Of a DNA stretch of 64,000 bases, positions 56,101 through 64,000 are shown piece by piece. The translations under genes were made by a program, and so were the position numbers. Location of the stretch: the NCBI GenBank assembly GCA_951804945.1, contig OX638149.1, positions 86,428,001 to 86,492,000 of the forward strand. Reading direction: 5' to 3'. The notes under the pieces were generated by a model, which was not told the DNA's origin, did no database searches, and saw only the letters and a program-made list of their open reading frames with translations. This DNA comes from Podarcis cretensis (Eukaryota). Position 1 is the first letter of the stretch; every line of letters begins with the position of its first letter.

Positions 56101-58874
56101 AGCAGGAAACTCTGTGCACTTAACCTAACTGCCATGAAATCTGTGGCAGGGAGGGAGAGAGAAAACTTTCCTCCATCTCCTTTTAGATAAAAGAAAAACT
56201 GATGCAGCTGGCAGAGAAGAGGAGGGAGATGGTGGAGAAGTGGGACAGGCGTTGGGACTGGCTTCGCTTGTGTAAGTATCCCGCGAGGGGTTTCCTAGGT
56301 GGGCTGACTGGAATGAGGCTTTTCCACCCAAGTGGGCACTTTTCCATGTAGGGCAAGGCCCAGCCATCAGTGTGTGTGCATCCCACATGCTGAGTCATGA
56401 CCCTCTCTCTGGTTTCCCTTCTCCTCTTCACACACCAGTGCTCGAGGTGTGCCAGTTTTCCAGGGATGCCTCAGTGGCCGAGGCGTGGCTCATTGCTCAG
56501 GAGCCCTATCTCTCCAGCGGTGATTACGGGCAAACTGTGGATGCTGTGGAGAAGCTACTGAAAAGACACGAAGCCTTTGAGAAATCCACAGCCACGTGGG
56601 AAGAACGTTTTGCTGCCTTGGAGCGTCTGACCACAGTAAGTAGACCACAGAAGGAAGAGCCTGCCAGCACTTTGTATGGTTAACAATAATGGAAACCTAC
56701 TAACCAAGCTGGTTGGGAATATGGGGATCCAACTCTTGCCTCTTATTACTACAGTGGTACCTCGGTTGTCAAACGTAATCTGTTCCGGAAGAGTGTTTGA
56801 CTTCCGAAACGTTCGACAACCAAGGCGCAAAGGGCGGTTGGCAAAATCAATGGAGAAAAAAGGAAAAAAATGCAGCAGAAGCCGTTTGACTTCTGAGGTG
56901 CATTCGAAAATGGAAGCAATTAGTTTTCGGTGTTTGGGTTCCAAAATGTTTGGCTTCTGAGATGCTCAAAAATTGAGGTACGACATTAGAAAGCCTAATT
57001 TGTGTTTCATTTTATTTTAATGTGAAGCTTTTCAAAAACGCTTTCTTGAATATTCCTGCAGAGAGTATTGGGCTGAAAAAAATAATAATTTGAAGATGAA
57101 TATACATATATTTGTCAGGAAAAAAATATTGGCCGAAGCATTGCTTTCAATGCCTGTTATAGCACCCTAATGCATGCTAATACCTTTCTCAGTAAAACGA
57201 GTGCTAGACCCTAGAGCAGTGATACGGCAACATAAAAGGCAAATAGTACAGTGAAGTGCAATATGGGGGAAATGTGTAGGTGTAGGAACGGCAAAACTGA
57301 CCCTTGAAGGGATGGGGTAGATGAAAATGCAGTCACAGGTACAACAGGGAATGGGGAGTGGCCTCTTTCACATCTGCCTATACAAAAAAACCCCACCCTG
57401 TGTGTTCTTTAATATCCCCCCAAAAATATTCTTTTCCAGCTTGAATTACTAAGGAATAGAACGATTCCAGAAGACCTTTCGCAGCACAAAGTGGCAAGGA
57501 CCACAGACCTGGAGTTTGACTTTGAGACAGAGCCAGAAACTGAGATGGGGTAGGTTACATGTATGTAAGTTGCCCTTTGGGCTGTTACTTGCCCGAGTGT
57601 CAGCAGAACTCCATCAAGAACAGGCCAAATCCTCAATTCCTAGACACAAGAACCACCCACCAACAGTATCTCCATTTTGTTAGGATTCAGTTTCAGTTTC
57701 TTGGCTCTCATCCAGTCCATTACTGCCTCCAGACACTGATCCAGAGATCATGTAGCCTGTTGGACCTCTTCAACACTGTCTTATCCACATCTTTGGGTCA
57801 CAATAAGCGAAACTCCTCTCATAACGCTGAAGAAGATGGTGCTTTCAAGATGAACAGTATCAATTGATGTCCCAGGGGTGTAATTCCACAATTAGGATTA
57901 ACATTTCTGTCCTCTGCTGGAGTGCAACCTGAGACTATTTTTTGAGTCTGGTGTACAGTGGTACCTCGGGTTACATACGCTTCAGGTTACATACGCTTCA
58001 GGTTACAGACTCTGCTAACCCAGAAATATTACCTCGGGTTAAGAACTTTGCTTCAGGATGAGAACAGAAATTGTGCAGCAGCGGCAGCAGGAGACCCCAT
58101 TAGCTAAAGTGGTGCTTCAGGTTAAGAACAGTTTCAGGTTAAGAACAGACCTCCAGAACGAATTAAGTTCTTAACCCGAGTTACCACTGTATTGGCAGAG
58201 GCAACAGCTATCTCATGAATGTAGGGTTGATCTTTGTTGAGTTGGAAAGAAAAAAAAGGACTGAGATGCTGCCCTCTTGTGGTTGTGAAAACTATCCTAC
58301 TTAACCTAGGGCTGAAATTCCTAGTGTCTTTCTTTGTTGCTGTTGTTCCATACTGAGTTTGGTTGTATGGGGTTGAGTTCTGGGTTTTGCATGCACATTA
58401 TTTACACAATTGGAAACGTCAGCTCCACACTCTGCACCGCTGCAATATGGTTTTCTTTGTATAGACACTATATATATATATATGTATCTTCTTTAAAAAC
58501 ACACACAAACAAACTTCAGCAGTAGGCTGTATCTAATTGGTGATGTTGCACAGGCAAAGGGGCTTTTGATCCAGCAGGAGGCATTCACTAATGGAAGAGG
58601 GTAGGCAATTTTTGCTAATTTCTGGCAGCTCCTCCCTCCCCAATCTGTTCTGGAAGGTCCCTCGTCAGCTATTAGTGGACATCTCTGCTCAAGCAATAGC
58701 ACAGGGAGGATGACTTATTCTGCTCCATGTTGTTTCCATTTTATATACTGGACTATGTTCTTCTGTGTTTACTGTAGGCCTGAAGAAGAGAGGGAGAAGA
58801 AGGAGGAGTTAAGTTTAGAAGATGCCATTTCTCCTGATGCAGAAGACTCATCACTGGTCAGTTATCAGTTTTAG
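23690..58874 (+). CDS. SPTB: Spectrin beta chain, erythrocytic (beta-I spectrin); 31 coding exons. The end shown is the read-through stop of the short isoform; the long PH isoform would splice out at 58856 to exons beyond the window
   Basis: The N-terminus [52 protein letters not shown] matches SPTB (MTSAT..., SRINARWD) rather than SPTBN1/2. [10 protein letters not shown] and [24 protein letters not shown] are also SPTB-type. All exon phases join in frame (6423 nt to 58856). Confidence 0.96.
27990..28141 (+). CDS. SPTB: SPTB coding exon 2 (CH1)
   Basis: ttttcag|; [19 protein letters not shown]...VLSGELL; |gtagaa; 152 nt. Confidence 0.95.
28939..29112 (+). CDS. SPTB: SPTB coding exon 3 (CH1)
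   Basis: [23 protein letters not shown]...IILRFQ; |gtgagt; 174 nt. Confidence 0.95.
30480..31480 (-). mobile_element. Degraded L1/Tx1-like LINE 3' fragment
   Basis: ORF 31223..31474 (-) reads ...[12 protein letters not shown]..., resembling the C-terminal part of fish/reptile L1 ORF2; T-rich end near 30500; boundaries approximate. Confidence 0.4.
31720..31811 (+). CDS. SPTB: SPTB coding exon 4
   Basis: [31 protein letters not shown]; 92 nt; AG/GT flanks. Confidence 0.95.
33413..33493 (+). CDS. SPTB: SPTB coding exon 5 (CH2)
   Basis: [27 protein letters not shown]; |gtaagg; 81 nt. Confidence 0.95.
34127..34242 (+). CDS. SPTB: SPTB coding exon 6 (CH2)
   Basis: [22 protein letters not shown]...LLDPE; |gtgagt; 116 nt. 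Confidence 0.95.
34532..34681 (+). mobile_element. Same tRNA-Lys/CR1-tail SINE family
   Basis: AGCTCAGTCAGCAGAGCATGGGACTC...GTCGTGGGTTC head; CCCAACTCCATGATTCCTTGATTCT tail. Confidence 0.7.
35965..36077 (+). CDS. SPTB: SPTB coding exon 7
   Basis: [38 protein letters not shown]; |gtaagg; 113 nt. Confidence 0.95.
37013..37200 (+). CDS. SPTB: SPTB coding exon 8 (repeat 1)
   Basis: [15 protein letters not shown]...TVEKPPK; |gtaagc; 188 nt. Confidence 0.95.
38052..38169 (+). CDS. SPTB: SPTB coding exon 9
   Basis: [39 protein letters not shown]; 118 nt. Confidence 0.95.
38993..39151 (+). CDS. SPTB: SPTB coding exon 10
   Basis: [53 protein letters not shown]; 159 nt. Confidence 0.95.
39395..39697 (+). 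CDS. SPTB: SPTB coding exon 11
   Basis: [23 protein letters not shown]...DWIDEMK; |gtaagg; 303 nt. Confidence 0.95.
40100..40250 (+). CDS. SPTB: SPTB coding exon 12
   Basis: [29 protein letters not shown]...RFANGD; 151 nt. Confidence 0.93.
40289..40327. repeat. (GAGT)n tetranucleotide repeat
   Basis: Read directly from the sequence. Confidence 0.85.
40441..40580 (-). mobile_element. Same tRNA-Lys/CR1-tail SINE family
   Basis: Homologous to 46075-46225; a shorter copy lies at about 10905-10995. Confidence 0.7.
42025..42895 (+). CDS. SPTB: SPTB coding exon 13 (large exon)
   Basis: [14 protein letters not shown]...[10 protein letters not shown], inside ORF 41886..42899; 871 nt. Confidence 0.96.
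43514..43651 (+). CDS. SPTB: SPTB coding exon 14
   Basis: [22 protein letters not shown]...QRLNAR; |gtaagt; 138 nt. Confidence 0.95.
43772..44528 (+). CDS. SPTB: SPTB coding exon 15
   Basis: [15 protein letters not shown]...VEIILTNQ; 757 nt. Confidence 0.96.
45063..45265 (+). CDS. SPTB: SPTB coding exon 16
   Basis: [26 protein letters not shown]...VQLIQER; 203 nt. Confidence 0.95.
45330..45710. mobile_element. Penelope-like element fragment with inverted terminal segment
   Basis: 45402-45431 is an inverted copy of 45684-45707 (TTTCAGTGxATCTxAAGAAGTGTG). Contains CAGTAGCACCTTAGAGACCAACT, which I recall from reptile Penelope termini; a similar fragment lies near 52905-52957. Confidence 0.55.
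46075..46225 (-). mobile_element. SINE with tRNA-Lys(CTT)-derived head and CR1-like 3' tail
   Basis: Minus strand reads ...GAGCATGAGACACTTAATCTAAGGGTCGTGGGTTTGAGCCCCAC (tRNA-Lys-like), then CCCTTTCCAACTC...ATTCTATGATTCT. Confidence 0.75.
46355..46510 (-). mobile_element. tRNA-derived SINE (Squam3-like)
   Basis: Minus-strand head GGGCTGTAGCTCAGTGGTAGA...TTTGCATGCAAAAGGTC. Confidence 0.6.
46621..47044. mobile_element. hAT (Charlie-like) non-autonomous element
   Basis: TIR CAGTGGTTTTCA / TGAAAACCTCTG; near-perfect 8-bp TSD AACTAAGC / AGCTAAGC. Confidence 0.75.
47139..47229 (+). CDS. SPTB: SPTB coding exon 17
   Basis: [30 protein letters not shown]; |gtaagg; 91 nt. Confidence 0.93.
47360..47640 (-). 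mobile_element. CR1 LINE 3' fragment
   Basis: AGAATCATAGAAT tail followed by CR1-typical CCACCACCTC...TTCCATTGTC...CTTACTGTCAAAAAG. Confidence 0.7.
47890..48036 (+). CDS. SPTB: SPTB coding exon 18
   Basis: [31 protein letters not shown]...ENVDE; |gtaagt; 147 nt. Confidence 0.95.
48348..48611 (+). CDS. SPTB: SPTB coding exon 19
   Basis: [12 protein letters not shown]...[15 protein letters not shown]; |gtaagt; 264 nt. Confidence 0.95.
49433..49648 (+). CDS. SPTB: SPTB coding exon 20
   Basis: [16 protein letters not shown]...LDRDLEDEL; |gtgagc; 216 nt. Confidence 0.93.
49791..50030. mobile_element. Degenerate mariner-type MITE
   Basis: CAGTTGTACCTTGG start and ATCCGTTCTGGAAG segment similar to the 56752 copy; right end approximate. 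Confidence 0.5.
50130..50219 (+). CDS. SPTB: SPTB coding exon 21
   Basis: [30 protein letters not shown]; |gtgagt; 90 nt. Confidence 0.95.
50800..51084 (+). CDS. SPTB: SPTB coding exon 22
   Basis: [16 protein letters not shown]...[26 protein letters not shown]; 285 nt. Confidence 0.94.
51249..51379 (+). CDS. SPTB: SPTB coding exon 23
   Basis: [23 protein letters not shown]...AGHPEG; |gtaagt; 131 nt. Confidence 0.95.
51609..51813 (+). CDS. SPTB: SPTB coding exon 24
   Basis: [19 protein letters not shown]...GQDLDHVT; 205 nt. Confidence 0.95.
53101..53166. repeat. (TC)n(TG)n microsatellite
   Basis: Read directly from the sequence. Confidence 0.95.
53302..53676 (+). CDS. SPTB: SPTB coding exon 25 (repeats 14-15, ankyrin binding)
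   Basis: [22 protein letters not shown]...[11 protein letters not shown]...LLGQQ; 375 nt. Confidence 0.95.
54354..54598 (+). CDS. SPTB: SPTB coding exon 26 (AYAG loop, repeat 15)
   Basis: [20 protein letters not shown]...IETQEKPR; 245 nt. Confidence 0.95.
54967..55105 (+). CDS. SPTB: SPTB coding exon 27
   Basis: [22 protein letters not shown]...HHAADE; AAG acceptor; |gtgagg; 139 nt. Confidence 0.93.
56187..56271 (+). CDS. SPTB: SPTB coding exon 28
   Basis: [28 protein letters not shown]; |gtaagt; 85 nt. Confidence 0.95.
56439..56635 (+). CDS. SPTB: SPTB coding exon 29 (repeat 17, tetramerization site)
   Basis: [24 protein letters not shown]...FAALERLTT; |gtaagt; 197 nt. Confidence 0.96.
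56752..56986. mobile_element. Tc1/mariner-type MITE (family B)
   Basis: TA|CAGTGGTACCTCGG start and degenerate GAGGTACGAC end; a related element lies near 49791-50030. Confidence 0.65.
57440..57549 (+). CDS. SPTB: SPTB coding exon 30 (post-repeat linker)
   Basis: cttttccag|[37 protein letters not shown]|gtaggt. Starts LEL and ends in phase 2 at Gly, like the mammalian exon; 110 nt. Confidence 0.85.
57956..58189. mobile_element. Tc1/mariner-type MITE (family A)
   Basis: Same TIRs, TA flanks, internal duplication of GGTTACATACGCTTCA. Confidence 0.85.
58778..58874 (+). CDS. SPTB: SPTB coding exon 31, with internal donor at 58856 (long isoform) or read-through to TAG (short isoform)
   Basis: actgtag|[27 protein letters not shown]|GTCAGT, then VSYQF*. 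Parallels human GPQEEE...SP|VS. Confidence 0.8.
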
Positions 58875-59785
58875 TTCCTCCTTCCTGGAAACCTCCACAG
58901 CTTAATTCAGTTATCCAGTTTTGTTGCATCTTTGTAAAAATACACAAAATGTATTTTTCTGGCAAAAGAAAGAAAAAAAGAATTCTTATGTTCAGTTATT
59001 TAGAACTTTAACTTGCAGTACTCTTCACAGTCTTCTACTTTGATAAATATAGTAAACACCAGGAAATTTGGAGCCAATATGGATATCTGCAAAATGGATC
59101 TGTTAAATATAGATTAATGTTACTATTTTAATATGTGCTTTCTCAACCTGGTGCTCTTGAGATGTTGCTGGACTGCAGCTCCCATCCTCCCTGGTCATTG
59201 GCCATGCTGGGTGGAGTTGATAGTTAGTTGGAGTCCAGCAGCATCTGGGAACCAAGGTTGGGAAAGGCTGCTCTGCGGTTCCCTGTAAATTATATTTTTG
59301 CTGTAACAGATCCTTCATAGACTCAATTGTGTATATGTTTTGAACTGGAGAGCTGCTGTATTCTCATTGAAGGAGCTACTGTATCTGACGGTGTCTAATG
59401 CTTATAGCATGGTGCACAGTTTTGACCGTACACGATTAGTCTGTTAGCTACACACATTTCTCAGTTAGGATCCTGGCAACAGCACACAAGCCTAGCAGTG
59501 TGCTTTTTGTAATAGTTTCTGTGTCAGAAACCTTAAACCCAGGGTATCGTAAGTAGTGTGACTAGATGGAAAAGAAGATAAGACTTCTGGTCATTTAATA
59601 GTGGTCTAGAGTAAGGCATTTGTGCAGAATAATGTTGGGTTTAGAGCTCTAGGTGGAGGTACAGTATCTGATAGTTCTCGTAGAAAAAGTGTGAAGCCAG
59701 GTGGAGAGAAGAGTACAAACACTCTTAGCTTAATCAGTGACCCACCTTCTCTGGAGTGATTCCTGAGGCACTTTCCTCTTTACAG

Positions 59786-59837
59786 GCCTGATCCTGATCT
59801 CTTTATAAAGCCAAAGAAGCTCCTGGCTTCCAAGTGA
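59786..59837 (+). CDS. Candidate alternative terminal coding exon of SPTB
   Basis: Strong acceptor ctttcctctttacag|; phase-2 frame (G)PDPDLFIKPKKLLASK*; followed by AT-rich 3'UTR-like sequence. Confidence 0.4.
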
Positions 59838-61152
59838 TTTTAATTAGTCCAGCCGCATCAAATGAATGAATGTTTCAAAGATACTCACCACCTGCTGTTC
59901 CTGTGGAGTCTTTCCTGTTCCCTACCCACAGCTCCGAATGCTGTCTGGATCAAGGAGTCAAATGTTTATTCGAAACCCAACTGTACCCAGAAGAGAGGGT
60001 TGTTCTATATATATTTTATTTTTCAGGCATTTGGGAAACCCTTTTGAAGAAAAGATCTGATCTGTCTGGGAACTTTGTATCCAACTTGGCCACTCTAACA
60101 ACATATTTTTTTGTACATTGTTTTTAATAAGCATTTGCTTTCTTCTTTATTCCACTCTGCCCTTTTAAGGAATGAAGATAGGCCTTGTTGTACTCATGGT
60201 GAAAAGAAAGTGATGAGCAAAATTCCAGCATGGGCTACTCAGGCCCACATCCCAGGTTGCTCTATCGTCTTAGGATCCAAGTTTCATTCTCTTGCAAAGG
60301 AAGAATGTGTCAGGTGTATTGATGCATAAGTCAATACATTTTCACGTGGTGCAATGCAGTGGCCTGGTGAGAAGAAGAGTGGAGTGATTGAGCCTACAGA
60401 AATGCATAAAATACACCCTATAGTTAGTGAAGAGAAATCACAAGATGGAATTCATGTCTGCATTGCTGTCTTTGTTAGCAATTTATAGAGTGACCTTGCC
60501 CTTCCTGGAAAAGTGGGTTGCTTTTTGTGCTTGTAAAATGGAAGATCATGGGCAACGAATGGACGATGATGAAGGTGCTGTGATCATGACCTTTCTTAAA
60601 AGCAACTGAGAAAGAACCATACCTAAAAGATTTCTTCCAATGTAGCTGTGATACTATTAATCTTACAGGTGCTTCCAGAAACATCAAAATGAATTGTTAG
60701 GACAATACCTGCTATACCAGAGGCACCCAAACTCATGGAAACTTTTAATTCTTTTTTTAAAAAAGTTGGGCTTACTTTATGACGCAGGGTGCTCCCTGAC
60801 ACACAGGTACAAAGGAAGACCTGTGGCAATGCACCTCAGTATAACATGCCAACAAAATGCAGTTCTGTGGTTGCTTTTCACTTTTGCTGTAAACCAGGTC
60901 TAAAGAACCTATGGCCCTCAGATGTTGCTAAACCACATCTCCTATCAAACTGACCCATTGGCCGGCGACATCTAGAGGTCCACAGGTTCCCCGTCCCTTT
61001 TGTAAATGGAGGTTTGTTACTGCAGATAGATGTGGTAGTAGCTCTCCTTCCACATGTACCTCTCGACGTGATTCGGAGGCACCGTGGCTTCACAAAATAA
61101 GCCCAAAACATGCAGTTAAAGTTTCCCTAAGCAACAGAAGCACAATGCAGCC

Positions 61153-61158
61153 AATAAA
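61153..61158 (+). terminator. Candidate polyadenylation signal for a short SPTB isoform
   Basis: First canonical AATAAA I found downstream of the short-isoform stops; followed by T/GT-rich sequence. Confidence 0.25.
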
Positions 61159-61782
61159 TGTTCTATTTTGTTCTAAAAAGGCTCATTTGTTGGAGTGTGA
61201 AGACACAGCATTAAGGCACAGTAATCTCAGTCCTGCACACTCACCTACAAGTGTGCATCCACATCCATTTTCATTTTGTATTTATCCAAGGCAGTTGTGT
61301 ACCTGAACATCTAAAAACTCCACAAATATTTACACTGGGAAGCACAAGCCATCATTCCAAGAGGATCGGTCTTCGCCACATACACTAATCAGGTCTTTCC
61401 TCCTACATGATGATTGATAGGTGCTTCCTCATTAACAGTGCAAGACATGCAGCTCATCAGATAATCTGCAGGCAGGCCCTTCTTGCTGCCAGCTTTTTTC
61501 CACTGCTCTTACTCATCCCCGTACTGTCCAGCAAAATATCCACAACTCTGCCAACACTTTTGTTGCTTTCTGTAAGCCTTTGCGCTTCTCTGTGCCATTG
61601 TTTCTCACAGCCTTCTTTCACTTTCCCCCTTCTTCTTAGTCTTACAGCTCTTCCCCCCCTTAAGCAGCTTGCTTACAATACCTTGAAAATTTTCTTTGTG
61701 TCCTGTTGCCGCCAGCTTAATATCTGAAGACAGACTTTCAATGTGCCTTTAATGGACAAGTCATCCAAAGTACTCCCTGGGA

Positions 61783-61783
<1 letters not shown>

Positions 61784-61830
<47 letters not shown>

Positions 61831-61841
61831 TTATTTATTAT
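61784..61841. repeat. (TTA)n microsatellite
   Basis: Read directly; flanked by the direct repeat TACTCCCTGG. Confidence 0.95.
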
Positions 61842-64000
61842 GACTACTCCCTGGCTCAATCTGTGCCTGTCGTCCCCTCTTGTGCTTCTTCCCATGCATC
61901 CTTGCCTCTTTCTTCCCAGAATACATGAGCCTCCTTCCATTCTTGCCCCACAGGCTTTGGGCCATACTTGGGAGTGGGGTGCCAAGCAGCACTGACGTCT
62001 TCTCTGAACCTTTGTTCAGATCAGTTGATGCCAAGGCTCCACCTCTGCAGTAAGTGCCTGTCTGAAACAGCCTCTCCTGTGGTCAAGCCATTTTGCATGA
62101 CCAGATGAATGATTGGTCACATGTAAGCCTGGCAATAGAATGGGACCTTGGAGCAATCCCTCGCAGGTTCGCTGTTAAGGATAAATCCTGGAGGCCTGGA
62201 GTAGTGTTTTGAAGGCCATCCTGCCAAAAAAAGAGAAGAGAATCTCTGCTGCTGTTGCTGCTTTTCTCTCATATCTGCTTCCATCCAGCCTTTTCTACTA
62301 ACTTGGTAACAATTACTGGCCTTGACATTTGTGGCAACTGGGTATGCATGCTACACACTGCAAAGTAAGTTGTGGTTAATCACAAAAGAAGGCAGCAACT
62401 TGAAGCCGCTGTTTTCTCAGTACACACGCTTGCAACAAACCCTCACTTGTAAGCATTTTGTTTCGCAGGCAATTCAAAAGCCATTTTTCTTAAGTCCCCT
62501 GGGGACTGACTGTTCTGTAATATCAGTTTTCTTCTGGGACTGGTTTATTGTGACCATCTACTCTCTGCAGGTATTTAAGGTCTTGGAGCTTTGCTGCTCT
62601 CTGTGGAATAGCTGATCACTGTCACAGTAGCAAAGGCCAAGTGTCTGGATAAGGTGCCCTGCAAAAGAGTGCTTGTGAGAAAACAAGTCTTTGTGGAGCT
62701 GTTCACAAAGTTGAGTTTCTATGGATTCCTGCAGGCATTGGGACAGCTCGTTCCATACTTTGTCTTGTTCACTGTGATGCACCAAGAAGGCCTGTTGCAA
62801 TGAGATAAGGAGGGCAGAGGGCACCAGGAAAAGGAAGCACAGCTGTAGTTTTTATAGTCAAAACGGTTTAGATTTTTCAGGTGTTTCTGGCACAGCACTG
62901 AAAAATAACTGCACTCGGGAATCCCAGCCAGCCAGCAGATGCCAGCACGAAAGGACAAGGCATTGGACCTAAGATTGGGGCAGGGACGATTAAGACTGAG
63001 GAACACTTTGCTAGGGGCTACCTTTGGCCAAATTATTTATTCCACTAATTTAGATTTTTAACACCCTCCCCCTCTTCCAGAGACTCAGTTGTTGAGCTGT
63101 GGCGTCTAGGTGTATTTTGCCATGTGCCTCAAATCAATAAGAGTTGCGCAAGGTTTTTTTGGGGATTACATTCAAAACTGTAGAAGCAAGAAGCGCTTTG
63201 CTAAAAAGATTCCTCAGAAGTCATACATGGAGTTGCCTCAGGTAGCCTATTTATTTGTCCCTGGAGCACTTTTCAGCCTTCCCCTAAAGCTGGGCTAGGA
63301 GTTCTGTGGCCATCCAAATGTTGCTGGGCTACAACATCTGAAGGACCCAGGGTCTCCACCACAGCCATAAAGCCATAAAGGCCAGGTCACAACTGATGAA
63401 ATGCATGTATCATTCCTATAACTTGCCATGTTATGACAAAGCTGCTTTCGCTGCTGTTGTGCTCATGGCAGGAAGCCTTGATTAGCAGGGGTTTCCTACC
63501 GCATGCTTACGTGGTGAAATAGGCACCTGTGCTCTTTTATCACAAAATTTATTCACACAACAAATGGTGAGGAAAATACTCCCCGCCCCCCCCAAGCAGG
63601 CAAGCTTTTGACATTTTGAAAAGTATACCGTGGAGTTATTGAAGATCTCAACAAAATAAGTTCTGGCCTTAGTACTGCTCCATTAGAAGTCAGCATTGGT
63701 AGGAAGACAAGAAGAATAGAATCCTACCTTTGGCATCAGGCCCAGTAATTTCTCTGACCTGGCGCAAGCACAGATCTACTGGTGTGCTTTACATTCAATG
63801 TGTGATGCCAATGCAGAATTAGCCAGTATAACCTAAAGAGCCTTTGGCCAACCTGGTACCCACCAGATGTTTTGGACTACAACTCCCCTCAACCCCAGCC
63901 AGTGGGCACCAAGTTGGCAAAGGCTGACCTGCACTACTCTGCACAGCTGGTTGAATGTTGGATGCATGCTGGGGGTAGTTACACTGTGTGGTCCAAGTAC

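Noticed and set aside
23690-58874. Assignment to SPTBN1, SPTBN2 or SPTBN4
   Set aside because: Diagnostic peptides ([38 protein letters not shown]) and the 3' exon layout fit SPTB.
58875-64000. PH-domain exons of SPTB or exons of a convergent neighbouring gene
   Set aside because: No PH-like peptide or other recognisable coding exon on either strand; they probably lie beyond the window.

Overview
Eukaryotic vertebrate genomic DNA. The repeat content (BovB LINE, Sauria SINEs, tRNA-Lys/CR1-tail SINEs) points to a squamate reptile, probably a lacertid-type lizard. The window is dominated by the + strand gene SPTB (erythroid/muscle beta-I spectrin). I traced 31 coding exons by hand from ATG 23690 to 58856. 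All have GT-AG boundaries and join in one open frame (6423 nt, 2141 codons): two CH domains, spectrin repeats 1-17, the ankyrin-binding repeats and the tetramerization site. The PH-domain exons of the long isoform are not in the window. Bases 1-23638 are upstream/intron-1 sequence with transposons and candidate erythroid GATA elements. I found no convincing new biological system. The best leads are: a very short read-through tail (VSYQF*) plus a candidate alternative terminal exon at 59786; a uORF whose stop overlaps the start codon; a W>L change in the ankyrin-binding repeat; a reconstituted splice donor at an exon junction; a young BovB insertion with a perfect TSD; and a Penelope-like fragment with a decayed hammerhead core. 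Comparisons with human sequence are from memory, not from an alignment.
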